A stretch of DNA of 64,000 nt from NCBI GenBank assembly GCA_046483495.1, contig JAWODC010000049.1, forward strand, positions 31,019 through 95,018, in the 5' to 3' direction. The stretch comes from Desulfobacterales bacterium (GTDB lineage Bacteria > Desulfobacterota > Desulfobacteria > Desulfobacterales > UBA5616). Under the pieces are notes generated by a model. It saw only the letters and a program-made list of their open reading frames with translations. It was not told where the DNA came from and made no database searches. This document shows, piece by piece, positions 52,324 through 62,276 of this stretch (positions are counted from its first letter, which is position 1; each line of letters starts with the position of its first letter). The position numbers were made by a program, and so were the translations under genes.

Positions 52324-55047
52324 TCAGGCATCGGACCATTTATAGTACCGCCGCATTCGCCCCTCGTACAGCGCTATCAAGGCTTCGTTCTCGCTGCTTT
52401 GCAGGCCTGCCGCCGCAAAATAAGCCAGCGCATTTTCAATATTCAGTGTTGACAGGGCTTCCGGCCGCTCCAACTCTCCCTGTTTGAGCAGGATGTTGCC
52501 GAACAGCAATATTTTTTTTTGCCGGTCTTTCGGAGTTGTATCAGCCGGCTGCCTGGAAAGCCATTTCAGGACAAGATCGTATGATTCGATAAAGGGTTTC
52601 AAGAAGGCGGCGAACTGTTTCAACTTTCTGTATCCCGGCGATGTAATGGTATACGTCTCCGGTTGGGTAGGATGGGGAACGAGGATGTCCATGTCGATGA
52701 ATGCCTTTATACTCTTTCGCGCATGAAAATCGATCGATGCCTCATCATCCCTGATAAATTCATAGCTGAACAAGGTGTCCAGGAATCGGACGTCATCATA
52801 AATGTCCGATGTATTCACAATGAATTCATCTCCGGCCAAAATGGCCATGGCGGCATAGGCGGCAGGGACAAAATGTGTAACCGCATTGTTTTTGTAATAT
52901 TCCAATACATGCCGCTTGCTCTTTCGAATGATCACGATGTCCGTGTCCCGCCAGGTGCCGGTTTCTGCCCGCACGGCATCGATAATTCTGGCCTGAAGGT
53001 AATGGTCCAGTATTCGGCTGGTAATATGACGGGGGGCGGTGGTTAACGATTCGCTCACAGGGGCGCTTCTCGAAGAGAGAAACGAAAGATAGGTCATGAG
53101 TTGATCCATCAGGCTTTCGAAGGTGCGACTGTATTTTGAACAATTCAGCAGCGATGCGGCAACTATTGCACGAGGGGCCGCAATAGTGGCCCGATCGATG
53201 TCAACCATCAGGCGGTGCCCCAGTTTGCGGCAGAGCAAATTCTTTTGTTTCGATGAAAGTCCGTTTGCAGGCAGATGCATGCTGTCGATCAATTTGTTGA
53301 GATCGATCGGGTCATTGAACCTGACGAAAATTTTTCCGTATCGATTGTTGAGCAGTTTACGGATCTTCAGCATTTGCCGGGCGTTTTCAGGCTGTTTTTC
53401 TCCGCCCTCAATTTCATAAAGATACGCGTTTTCTTCGGGAACGCGTTCATATCCGATATATACAGGAACGAACACGAGGTTTTTGCAGGCCCTGTTTTCG
53501 TATTCGTTCAGCAGGATATGGAGCATGCCGAGCTGCGGGTGAAGCAGCTTTCCGGAACGGCTTCGGGTGCCTTCGATAAAAACAGTAATATGATACCCTT
53601 CCTTGAGAAGCTCGAAAATATAAGCGGAAAAGACCTTCGTATAAAAGACGGCACCTCTGAACGATCGCCTGACAAAAAAGGTACCAGCCATTCTCAGCAG
53701 CGGCCCTAAGGGCCAAAAAGAAAGATTTTTTCCTGCAAAAAAGTGGGGAGGCGACATATGATTCAGGTGCATGACATACAGCATGACAAGAGAATCGATA
53801 TGGCTGCGATGGCACGGCACAAAGACAACAGGACCTTTCAGTGCCGATCGCTTCAAGCTTTCCACCTTTCCGCTGTCGATGTGAATACCATCGAACATCT
53901 TGCGGGAAATCCACTCGATCATCCGAATCGAAAGCCCGGTGAATCCGGGTCTGTAGCGGGCGGCGATTTCATCGAGATAGGTAACGGCCCGGCGGCGAAC
54001 GGCATAAATGGACGTGTTTTTCCGGACGGCGTGCTTTTTCATGTACTCCTGGAGATCGTCATTGGTCAGGATGCTCATGCGGATTTCATCGGCGGACTTC
54101 AGTACGGGCCCGGTGGTGGTTTGACGATGACGTGTCATCTGGGACAGCAAATTTCGGCGAAGAACAAGGGCCATCCGCTCCGGTCTGAAGGGTGTCGATT
54201 CCGGTGCACTCAAAAACGCTTTCAGGTTCAGCGGCTCGGAAAATTCCACCAGCATTTTTTCCGGTTTCAGAAAGGCTTTGAAAAATTTTCGCAGTGCACC
54301 GGGATTCTGTTCGGAACCGAAGAAAAGGTCGGTCAGTTTTACCGCCGTAGTTGAAGGCTTTCGGGTGTAAAAAAAGAGCTGGGGAATAATCAGTATAGGT
54401 TTGTCGATTTTATACTGCAGCTCGATGAGGTACTTCAGGGGGTCTTGTTTCTGCCTTACAAACCGCTCATAGAATTCATGCCTTTCCACCAGGGACAAAA
54501 AAACCGGTTCGCCTTTTTGAAGATGCCGGCCGAGATAGTCATCCCGGTACAGGCCCGGCCCGGTTTCCCAGGCTGCAAGCCGGAGAGCCCCCGCAACAAG
54601 AATCTGAAGCCATTTACGAAAGGATTGATAAGCGAACAGATGATAGTCCGGGGCAAGCGTAGGACCGGGAAATCCCATGTGCGGCAGTCGAAAATAAGCA
54701 TACAGATATTCAAAGGTGCTTTTGAATTTGTTCACATAAACAATGCAGGCATTTTCAGGAAGTTCTTTTTCGATTTCCGCATGGGTTTCGGAAAACGGGA
54801 TTCGGGCAAATATAAGGCTGAAAAAAAAATGCCGGATCGCATCCATTCGCTGCGGAAGCTGACAGCCGAAGTGCCGGGTGGTGCCCCTTAGAAACCGTTG
54901 GATGATCGTCTCGATGTTCTTTTTCAGCATCATAAGCAGTGCGGTTGCCGATGTAATTTTGCGCTGAGAGTGATCGGATTGTACTAAAACGGTTTGCCGT
55001 GCCGTTTTTTTGAAAAATGATATATGCGAAAACGGTTGAAAAATCAA
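52324..55047 (-). CDS. plsB: glycerol-3-phosphate acyltransferase (PlsB type)
   Basis: Acyltransferase blocks VPCHRSHIDSLVM (HX4D), FFVRRSF, VFIEGTRSRSGKLL, VPVYIGYE. The start is uncertain: TTG at 55047, ATG at 54933. Confidence 0.8.
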   Translation of the reverse strand: MIFQPFSHISFFKKTARQTVLVQSDHSQRKITSATALLMMLKKNIETIIQRFLRGTTRHFGCQLPQRMDAIRHFFFSLIFARIPFSETHAEIEKELPENACIVYVNKFKSTFEYLYAYFRLPHMGFPGPTLAPDYHLFAYQSFRKWLQILVAGALRLAAWETGPGLYRDDYLGRHLQKGEPVFLSLVERHEFYERFVRQKQDPLKYLIELQYKIDKPILIIPQLFFYTRKPSTTAVKLTDLFFGSEQNPGALRKFFKAFLKPEKMLVEFSEPLNLKAFLSAPESTPFRPERMALVLRRNLLSQMTRHRQTTTGPVLKSADEIRMSILTNDDLQEYMKKHAVRKNTSIYAVRRRAVTYLDEIAARYRPGFTGLSIRMIEWISRKMFDGIHIDSGKVESLKRSALKGPVVFVPCHRSHIDSLVMLYVMHLNHMSPPHFFAGKNLSFWPLGPLLRMAGTFFVRRSFRGAVFYTKVFSAYIFELLKEGYHITVFIEGTRSRSGKLLHPQLGMLHILLNEYENRACKNLVFVPVYIGYERVPEENAYLYEIEGGEKQPENARQMLKIRKLLNNRYGKIFVRFNDPIDLNKLIDSMHLPANGLSSKQKNLLCRKLGHRLMVDIDRATIAAPRAIVAASLLNCSKYSRTFESLMDQLMTYLSFLSSRSAPVSESLTTAPRHITSRILDHYLQARIIDAVRAETGTWRDTDIVIIRKSKRHVLEYYKNNAVTHFVPAAYAAMAILAGDEFIVNTSDIYDDVRFLDTLFSYEFIRDDEASIDFHARKSIKAFIDMDILVPHPTQPETYTITSPGYRKLKQFAAFLKPFIESYDLVLKWLSRQPADTTPKDRQKKILLFGNILLKQGELERPEALSTLNIENALAYFAAAGLQSSENEALIALYEGRMRRYYKWSDA

Positions 55048-55122
55048 ACCGCAACATTTCGGGTATGAAGTGACCGGTTAACATCTCCGGCAAGGCGGCT
55101 TCAATGGTGGGGCAGGGTTCAG

Positions 55123-55162
55123 AAAAAACACTGCGCCCCCTCAACGGGTTTTCCGGGGGCGC
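55123..55162 (-). terminator. rho-independent terminator after the hsp20 pair
   Basis: Minus strand: GCGCCCCC (55162..55155), 14-nt loop, GGGGGCGC (55140..55133), then AGTGTTTTTT. Confidence 0.6.
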
Positions 55163-55177
55163 TTTGCCTCAACGTGA

Positions 55178-55594
55178 TCAGGATTTGACGGAAATCTTTT
55201 TTGGTGCAGCTTTTTCGGTCTTTGGCAGTATCAGCCTCAATACGCCGTCTTTGAGCTCTGCATTGATTTTGCCCTGGTCGATGATATGGGAAATGGAAAA
55301 TTGCCGGTGATAGGTACCGACCTCATACTCGGTAAATACCTTTTCTTCATTTTCGGATTCGAATGGCTCCACCTTACCCTCGATGGTCAGTGTATTCTCT
55401 CTTAAATCAATGTTCAGGTTCTCCGGTTTAACCCCCGGGATATCCGCCAGCAGTGTGATTTCTTTTTCGGATTCGAAGATATCCACATCCGGGGCGAAAA
55501 CCATGCCCGGAGTCGTCTGCTCGGCAGGTGAGGCAACCTCTTTTTTGCCTTTTACCTGGAGTTCCGTTTGTTTGGCGTCCGTCATGATGAACAC
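55178..55594 (-). CDS. Hsp20/alpha-crystallin small heat-shock protein
   Basis: PDVDIFESEKEITLLADIPGVKPENLNIDLRENTLTIEGK...FSISHIIDQGKINAELKDGVLRLILPK. Confidence 0.9.
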   Translation of the reverse strand: MFIMTDAKQTELQVKGKKEVASPAEQTTPGMVFAPDVDIFESEKEITLLADIPGVKPENLNIDLRENTLTIEGKVEPFESENEEKVFTEYEVGTYHRQFSISHIIDQGKINAELKDGVLRLILPKTEKAAPKKISVKS

Positions 55595-55618
55595 CTCCTT
55601 TTCATAAGATAGTCGATG

Positions 55619-56065
55619 TTATGAGACTTTGATCTGCCGGGGTTTGGCTTTTTCCGCCTTGGGAACAGCGAGTATCAGCATGCCGTTCTTCAGATCCGCC
55701 GCTACCCTTTCCGGGTCGATTTCGGCGGGCAAACTGAAGGCCCGGGAAAACTTGCCGGCTTCCCGCTCCCTGCGATGGTATTTGACGCCTTCTTCCGGCT
55801 CGATTTTTCGTTCCCCGGAAATCGTGATGGTGTTTTCCGTCGCACTGATATCCAGGTCCTCCGCCTTTATGCCGGGAAGTTCCGCTCGGATATAGAAATT
55901 TTCATTTTCCTCGGTAAGATTGACCTGTGGGAAAACCCCGGTTTGCATGGCTTGGCCGGGTGCACCCGAGAGGGCGGCGTAAATGCGATCCATTTCATTT
56001 CTGAGACGATCCAACTCAAAAAAGGGCGTTCTGAACGTTCGATAAGGCCGGTTTATAAGTAACAT
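55619..56065 (-). CDS. Hsp20/alpha-crystallin small heat-shock protein
   Basis: PQVNLTEENENFYIRAELPGIKAEDLDISATENTITISGERK...FSRAFSLPAEIDPERVAADLKNGMLILAVPK. GGAGG upstream. Confidence 0.9.
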   Translation of the reverse strand: MLLINRPYRTFRTPFFELDRLRNEMDRIYAALSGAPGQAMQTGVFPQVNLTEENENFYIRAELPGIKAEDLDISATENTITISGERKIEPEEGVKYHRREREAGKFSRAFSLPAEIDPERVAADLKNGMLILAVPKAEKAKPRQIKVS

Positions 56066-56161
56066 AGGGATTACCTCCTTCCTTTAATAGGTGGAATACG
56101 GTTTTTTCAATAGATGCCAAGGAAATTCTTATATTCGAACATCCTAAATATATTAAAAATA

Positions 56162-56214
56162 TCAGGTGCTTTTAAAGTTAATTCGCAATCTGAGCCTGTC
56201 AAGGAAGCACCTGA
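56162..56214 (-). promoter_or_regulatory. candidate hsp20-operon promoter bracketed by a perfect 10-bp inverted repeat
   Basis: TCAGGTGCTT (56162..56171) / AAGCACCTGA (56205..56214) with a 33-bp spacer. Inside it the minus strand reads TTGACA (56202..56197), 16 nt, TAACTT. Confidence 0.4.
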
Positions 56215-56321
56215 AATTTTTTTTGGGGGGTGATTGCCTATGCGTGACGGTGAGGACCGAAACGGCCCGATTCGGTTCGGGGCTCTTTTCATCGGTTCAT
56301 CACAGCAGGAGTGGGCCGTCC

Positions 56322-57734
56322 TTATCGCTTCTTTGGTTTCATATCCGCGTATTGGATTAGGGCCGCCATGGCAAGGGTGCACTGTTCAGAGGTGTTGTAC
56401 ATGGGTATTTTGGCGCTCTTCAGCAGTTCCATAGTGGAAGCCGATGAATTGAGCTTCTGAGTGATAACGGGTTTTTGATAGGTCCGGGGAATGCGGCAGA
56501 ACCGATCGATGGCGGACATGACGGCAATTTTTGCCTGTGCCGGAGTGTCGTTTTTCAGGGTTCGATCCATGGGTACGTTGGTGATGATGCCGTCGATGTA
56601 ATCGATGGCCGCCAGCTTCTCGACAACACGGACCTCATCCATCGTTTCATAAATGCCTGCTGCAAAATCCACCGGGTTGTTGGGAACCGGTGCATGGGGC
56701 GGCAGGAGATCTTTCAGCCCCTGTTTGTCGGCGTCTTCGAACTCCGGTATCTGAATGCCGGCAGCAGACAGATTGTCTGTGATGGTCACACCTTGGCCGC
56801 CGTTTCCCACAACTGCGATGCGGTTTCCTTTGGGAAGGGGCTGGTCGATCAGCGCTTCGGCCATGATGAAGAGATGCTCCAGCTGGCGCACCCGTATCAA
56901 ACCTGCCTGGCGGCACATGCCGTCAAATATCCGGTCTTCACCGGCGATTGACGCCGTATGGGACAAGGTGGCTTTTGCCCCCATCTCCGAAGTGCCGCCC
57001 TTCAGGATCAGGACGGGTTTTATTCGAGTGGTTTCCCGGGCGGTTTTCCAAAAGGTCCTGCCGTCCTTGAGGCCCTCGATATACAAGGCTATTGCCTTCG
57101 TGTCCGGATCAACGGCGAGGTAAGACAGATAATCCGCCGCTGTTAAATCGGCCTGGTTGCCCATGGCAACGAACGTGCTTAATCCGAACCCTTTTGTCAC
57201 AGACAGCCGCACGGCCTGTCCGCCGAACATGCCGCTCTGGCTGACAAAGGCCAGACCGCCTCTGGGAGGATTTGGAAACGGAGTGATGTTCAGGTTGCCT
57301 GCCGGAGAAAAAATGCCGTTCCCGTTTGGGCCGACAAAACGGATACCGCCTTTTCGAGCGATGGTTACCGTTTCCATCTCCAACGCGCGCCCCTTTTGGC
57401 CGGTTTCGGCGAAATCCGCTGAGATGATGATGCCGCCTTTAATGCCTTTCTTGACGCAATTATGCATAATTTCAGGCATATGAGCGGCAGGGACAGTAAA
57501 TACGGCGAGGTCGACCTCGTCGGGAATATCCAAAATATCCGCATATGCGGTCAATCCGCATATATGCTTTTCTTTCGGATTCACCGGAAAAACACTGCCT
57601 CTGAATCCGGATTGCAGCGTACTTGAGATCAGACGTCCTCCCCATTTGGCCGGGTTATTGCTGGCGCCGATAAAAGCGACGGATTTTGGCTTGAAAATGG
57701 GATCGAGCTGTTCAACGATTCCTGCGGCCACCAC
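56322..57734 (-). CDS. ADP-forming acyl-CoA synthetase alpha-type protein (CoA-binding plus succinyl-CoA-synthetase-like domains), no ATP-grasp domain
   Basis: GTG start after AAGGAGA. FKPKSVAFIGASNNPAKWGG, VDLAVFTVPA, FVGPNGNG and the phospho-His loop LSHTASIAG. Confidence 0.75.
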   Translation of the reverse strand: MVAAGIVEQLDPIFKPKSVAFIGASNNPAKWGGRLISSTLQSGFRGSVFPVNPKEKHICGLTAYADILDIPDEVDLAVFTVPAAHMPEIMHNCVKKGIKGGIIISADFAETGQKGRALEMETVTIARKGGIRFVGPNGNGIFSPAGNLNITPFPNPPRGGLAFVSQSGMFGGQAVRLSVTKGFGLSTFVAMGNQADLTAADYLSYLAVDPDTKAIALYIEGLKDGRTFWKTARETTRIKPVLILKGGTSEMGAKATLSHTASIAGEDRIFDGMCRQAGLIRVRQLEHLFIMAEALIDQPLPKGNRIAVVGNGGQGVTITDNLSAAGIQIPEFEDADKQGLKDLLPPHAPVPNNPVDFAAGIYETMDEVRVVEKLAAIDYIDGIITNVPMDRTLKNDTPAQAKIAVMSAIDRFCRIPRTYQKPVITQKLNSSASTMELLKSAKIPMYNTSEQCTLAMAALIQYADMKPKKR

Positions 57735-57764
57735 TGTCTCCTTTCGATTTCGTATCCGGGCAGG

Positions 57765-59006
57765 CTAATCCGCGCCGGGCAAATCCGCCTCTGATGTGAT
57801 GACGCCTTCAACGAAGAGATCGCTGATCTCATCATCCGTCAGTCCGAGAACCTCCTTATACACGTACTCGATGTCTTCTCCCAGGCATGGACCGGCCTTA
57901 TGAATATGGTTCGGCGTTTTGGAAAGCCGGTATGCCGGTGCGTTGTAGGCGTGTTCTCCGATAACGGGATGCTGTAAAAAACGGAAATGCTCCCGAAGCT
58001 TGAGCTGGGGGTCCTCGAGCAAATCTTCAGCTGTTTGCACGACACCGGCCGGCACTCCTGCATCCTGCATTCGCGTCATGATCGCTTCGGGCGTCATTTC
58101 CCTGGTCCATTGGGAAATAAGGGCGTTTAATTCATTTTCATTCTGCTTTCGCGTGATAAAGCTGGAAAACTTCTCATCGGAGCACCATTCAGGGTTGCCG
58201 AGTACACGGCAGAAGGACTGCCATTGATGATCGTCGGTAACCGCGATGGCCACCCATCGATCTTCCCCCAGACACGGAAAAATCCCGTGTGGGGCCGTAT
58301 AGCGATCTTCGTTCCCCATTCGTTTTGCAATTCTTCCATTGACCATGTAATCGAGTAGGGTGGGACCTAAAAAGGTCACGCCGGCCTCCACCTGAGATTG
58401 GTCGAGGTAGATGCCCTTGCCGGTTTTTTTCCTTCGGATCAGTGCGGCGATAACGGTCGAGGTCAGATACCAGGGCGCGATAAAATCACTGTAATTGTTG
58501 AAAATGGGCAGGGGCTCCCGGTCCGGCAGGCCGAGAAGATGGGAAAAGCCGGCGTAGGTGGTTCCGAACATGCCGTATGCGCCGAACTTTTTCAGCGGCC
58601 CGGTCTGGCCCATTTGGCACGTTGAAAAATAGATGATATCGGGTTTCACTTTTTTACAGCTCTCGTAATCCAGACCGAACTTGGCCATGGTGCCGGGTGT
58701 GAAGCTTTCGGTCACCAGATCGGCCCAGGCCACCAGTTTCTTGGCCATTTCGAGGCCGCGGGGATGGGATAAGTCCATGGCCACACTATATTTGTTGGTG
58801 TTGTAGGCCGTTCCGAATGCACTCCGGTCTACACCGGGTTCGCCATCTCTAAACGGAGCGAACGTTCTCAAGGAATCCGGGACCCTGTGGCTTTCGACCC
58901 GTATAACGGTGGCCCCATGCTCCGCAAGTTCTCTTCCCACCTGCGGCCCTACGCCCACCCACGCGAAATCCGCTACCTTCAATCCTTCGAATACGTGTTT
59001 TTGCAT
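57765..59006 (-). CDS. family III CoA-transferase (CaiB/BaiF/Frc family)
   Basis: LKVADFAWVGVGPQVGRELAEHGATVIRVES, 413 aa. Confidence 0.85.
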   Translation of the reverse strand: MQKHVFEGLKVADFAWVGVGPQVGRELAEHGATVIRVESHRVPDSLRTFAPFRDGEPGVDRSAFGTAYNTNKYSVAMDLSHPRGLEMAKKLVAWADLVTESFTPGTMAKFGLDYESCKKVKPDIIYFSTCQMGQTGPLKKFGAYGMFGTTYAGFSHLLGLPDREPLPIFNNYSDFIAPWYLTSTVIAALIRRKKTGKGIYLDQSQVEAGVTFLGPTLLDYMVNGRIAKRMGNEDRYTAPHGIFPCLGEDRWVAIAVTDDHQWQSFCRVLGNPEWCSDEKFSSFITRKQNENELNALISQWTREMTPEAIMTRMQDAGVPAGVVQTAEDLLEDPQLKLREHFRFLQHPVIGEHAYNAPAYRLSKTPNHIHKAGPCLGEDIEYVYKEVLGLTDDEISDLFVEGVITSEADLPGAD

Positions 59007-59018
59007 GATGGCCTCCTT

Positions 59019-60293
59019 TTAAATGATGCCGCGGTTTTTCAAAATGATCATTTCTTCCCGGGTCAGTTTAAGCTCTTCCTCGTAAATGGGGGCGTTGTGC
59101 TCCCCGATAAGCGGAGATCGGCGTTGGGGATCATAAGGGGGCAGGTCGGTCCAGCGGATCGGCCAGCCCGGATACGTCAGTTTTTCCCCGAGTTCCGGAT
59201 GTTCCACTTCCCGCCAGAAATCCCGTGCTTTCAACTGAGGACTGGCTATCAGATCGGCGGCATTGGTCACCGGAACCAGCATGATGTCATGCGTTACGGC
59301 ATAATCAAACAGCTCTTTCTTCGTCTTGGTCAGCAGAAATTCGGCAAACTGCTCTTCCATGGCGTTGATTTCTTCCTGGGTGACTGTCGCGGTGTTGTCG
59401 ACCGCCCAATCATGATCTTTCAGCAAAAGGCAATATCCTTCGCTGTTGGCCCATGTGGTGAGGTTTTCGGTGGAAATTCGGACCCCAAGGGCCGACCCGC
59501 CGCCCACCATCAGGTAAACATACCCGTCTTTGCACGGCCACACCCATCGCATGATGGCGGGACCGGGCGGTGTAGGCCTCACCGACATGCCGAACGGGCC
59601 GATCCCCCTGTAGTTGACCTTGAGGATATCCCATATTTCAGCTGCCATCATCAGGGTCAGCACAACCGCCTGCTGACATGAAACATCCACGTGCTGGCCC
59701 TCGCCGGTCATCTCCCGGTGATACAGCGCAACCATCGTTCCCAAGACCCCCTGAAGGCTTCCGTTAAAGTAAAATTGGGGAACGGAAAACCGCAAAGGAG
59801 GGCTGTCCATGTATCCATAAAGACGGGCCATTCCCCCCATAGCAACACCGACCAAATCGGTTACGCGATAATCCGCATAAGGTCCGGATTGTCCAAATGG
59901 GGTGATCGAGGTTAAAATAATGCCCGGGTTTTGTTTTTCCAAGACCGGATATGCGAGATGCAGGCTTTCCATGTAACCGGGTTTGAAGGACTCCACCACG
60001 ATATCGGCGGATGCGGCCAGCTGCAAAAACAGATCCCGTCCGGTATCTGTCTCGAGGTTCAGGGTTATGCCCCGCTTGTTTAAGTTCGTGTAAAACCAGT
60101 ACAGGCTTTTCTCGGGATGCGGTATATCATGATAGAAAGGGCCGTTGTTCCTGCCGGCATCCCCGCCCGGCGGCTCGATTTTTATGACGTCCGCCCCTAA
60201 ATCCCCCAGTATTTTGCCGCAAAGATGGCCGATTTCATTGGTCAGATCCAGTACCCGATACCCCTTGAGGAAGGTTTCTGTTTCATGGTTCAT
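59019..60293 (-). CDS. family III CoA-transferase (second, divergent paralog)
   Basis: YRVLDLTNEIGHLCGKILGDLGADVIKIEPPGGDAGR, 424 aa. Stops 13 nt before the next paralog. Confidence 0.85.
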   Translation of the reverse strand: MNHETETFLKGYRVLDLTNEIGHLCGKILGDLGADVIKIEPPGGDAGRNNGPFYHDIPHPEKSLYWFYTNLNKRGITLNLETDTGRDLFLQLAASADIVVESFKPGYMESLHLAYPVLEKQNPGIILTSITPFGQSGPYADYRVTDLVGVAMGGMARLYGYMDSPPLRFSVPQFYFNGSLQGVLGTMVALYHREMTGEGQHVDVSCQQAVVLTLMMAAEIWDILKVNYRGIGPFGMSVRPTPPGPAIMRWVWPCKDGYVYLMVGGGSALGVRISTENLTTWANSEGYCLLLKDHDWAVDNTATVTQEEINAMEEQFAEFLLTKTKKELFDYAVTHDIMLVPVTNAADLIASPQLKARDFWREVEHPELGEKLTYPGWPIRWTDLPPYDPQRRSPLIGEHNAPIYEEELKLTREEMIILKNRGII

Positions 60294-60779
60294 GGCTCCC
60301 CCCTGAATGTGTGAAGGTGTAAAAATGCCGACGGAAGCCCTTGGGGTTTTTCCCGCCGGATGAAAAACCGGAAAACGTGTTCGTGCATATGGGCAAGGTA
60401 AATGAGATGCATGAAATGTTCGAGCCGACCTGCAAAAAATGGAAATCCGGGTCTATGGTAGGAATTCTCCCGAACTTCCAGGAGCGTCTTTTGCGTGAAT
60501 GTTCTCAGATGGTAATTACAATCCGGGTTGCGGCACTCTCGAAAAGAAGGAATCGTAGAAAAACCCAAACCCGAATTATTTTTTTTCCTATATCGGAGAA
60601 TAACGGGTGAGTCAAGCAGTGTTGACCGGTGCAGCCGGTTTCGTCCTTCTAAAAGGCCTGAAACCAGCGGCCGAGCATTTTTTTGTTTGTAACTTTGTCG
60701 AAAGTTTTATAGGGTCCTTCATTCCGGACTCTAAAAGACAATTGGGCGCATACAGAATACGGTTAAAGGAATTTTATAC

Positions 60780-62207
60780 ATGAATAGAATGGATCTGGAG
60801 CGATTTTTTTATCCCAGGCACATCGCTGTTGTCGGCGTTTCGAGCAAAAATCTGAATTTCGGCGGTTCCAGTTTTTTGGCAAAACTGAAGGAAAGCAGCT
60901 ATTCAGGCAAACTTTATCCCATCAATCCAAAAATCGATGCGGTGCTGGGCCATAGGGCTTTTCCATCGTTATCATCTCTTCCGGAATCACCGGATATGGC
61001 CATGCTCTGTGTTCCGGCGATGCACATCCCGGATCTGCTCGAGGAATGCGCTCGTGTGGGCACCCGTCATATCCACATTCTGACCTCCGGTTTCAAAGAA
61101 GTCGGCACTCCCGAGGGAAAACGGCTGGAGGCCCTTGTTGCTTCCATATCCAGAGAAAACGGGCTTTTTGTCATGGGGCCGAACTGCATGGGGCCCTATT
61201 GCCCGTCCTCGGGTTTAACCGCATGGGGAGCCATTCCGGGTCTTCCCGGTAATATCGGGATCATCAGCCAGAGCGGCGGCATTACCCAGCGGCTGACGGA
61301 ATACCTTTTTTTTCTGGGCATCGGGGTTGAAAAGGCGGTGAGTATCGGCAATGCTGCCGTGCTAAACAGCATGGATTATCTCGAATACATGGGGCGGGAC
61401 GAAAAAATAGACGTCATCGGCATGTATCTGGAAGGGATAAACGATGGCCGGAAACTGCTGAACCTGGCCCGTGAAATCTGCCGAAGCAAACCCGTTGTCA
61501 TATGGAAAGGCGGCGAGTCGGAGACTGGAGCGGCCGCGGCCTCTTCACACACGGGCGCCATGGCGGGGAAAGCGAAACTCTGGGAAGCCTTTTTTCAGCA
61601 GACGGGGGTTGCCCGTGTCCGGTCGATGGACGAATGGGCCGATGTGCTGTTGGCCTTTTCGTGTCTCCCACAACCCGCAGGAAAGGGCGTTTTTGTTATC
61701 GGCGGAGGGGGCGGCCACAGCGTGACCAATACGGATGCCTGCATTCGGGAAGGCCTAAACGTTCCGGCGCTTTCTGAAAAAACGATGGCGGCTCTCCGGG
61801 AAACCGTTCCAAAGGCGGGATCCATTGCCGGCAACCCGTTGGACGACTGGCAGGTCTTTGCAGATCCCGACTACCTGGGCCGAATTCTCGGACTGGCTTA
61901 TCAAGACCCTTCCGTAGATATAGCGGTGGTGGACCGATTAATTCCCAGAAAAGCCTTTCACACCTTTGATGAAACAGACCCGACCCCCCGGGTGATAGAG
62001 GTCATAAGCCGCATGCAGAACCGAAAACCCACCGTTTTTACTGTGGATTCTGAAGGGGGAGATCCGGATCTGGCCCAAAAAGGCGCGGTTATGCGGGCCA
62101 TGTTCTGCCACCAAAAAGTACCGGCCTTTCCGACCATCAAAAGAGCGGCCGGGGCACTGAAAAGGGTATATGATTATTATCGAAGCGTTGCGCAGTTGCG
62201 CGGATGA
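60780..62207 (+). CDS. ADP-forming acyl-CoA synthetase alpha-type protein (second paralog), no ATP-grasp domain
   Basis: FFYPRHIAVVGVSSKNLNFGG, MAMLCVPA, VMGPNCMG and the phospho-His loop ASSHTGAMAG. Confidence 0.75.
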   Translation: MNRMDLERFFYPRHIAVVGVSSKNLNFGGSSFLAKLKESSYSGKLYPINPKIDAVLGHRAFPSLSSLPESPDMAMLCVPAMHIPDLLEECARVGTRHIHILTSGFKEVGTPEGKRLEALVASISRENGLFVMGPNCMGPYCPSSGLTAWGAIPGLPGNIGIISQSGGITQRLTEYLFFLGIGVEKAVSIGNAAVLNSMDYLEYMGRDEKIDVIGMYLEGINDGRKLLNLAREICRSKPVVIWKGGESETGAAAASSHTGAMAGKAKLWEAFFQQTGVARVRSMDEWADVLLAFSCLPQPAGKGVFVIGGGGGHSVTNTDACIREGLNVPALSEKTMAALRETVPKAGSIAGNPLDDWQVFADPDYLGRILGLAYQDPSVDIAVVDRLIPRKAFHTFDETDPTPRVIEVISRMQNRKPTVFTVDSEGGDPDLAQKGAVMRAMFCHQKVPAFPTIKRAAGALKRVYDYYRSVAQLRG

Positions 62208-62276
62208 TCTCAATGGTATCCATCCGGACATGAAAAATTTCCGGATGAAAACCAACTGGTAAAAGGAGGTTGATCA

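Noticed and set aside
60290-60610. Two overlapping ~90-aa ORFs on opposite strands (60290..60568 minus, 60341..60610 plus) in the 486-bp intergenic region.
   Set aside because: Neither has a convincing SD or any motif I recognise. They mutually overlap and lie in a divergent promoter region, so I treat them as non-coding. The shorter SD-preceded ORF at 60607..60783 is reported separately at low confidence.
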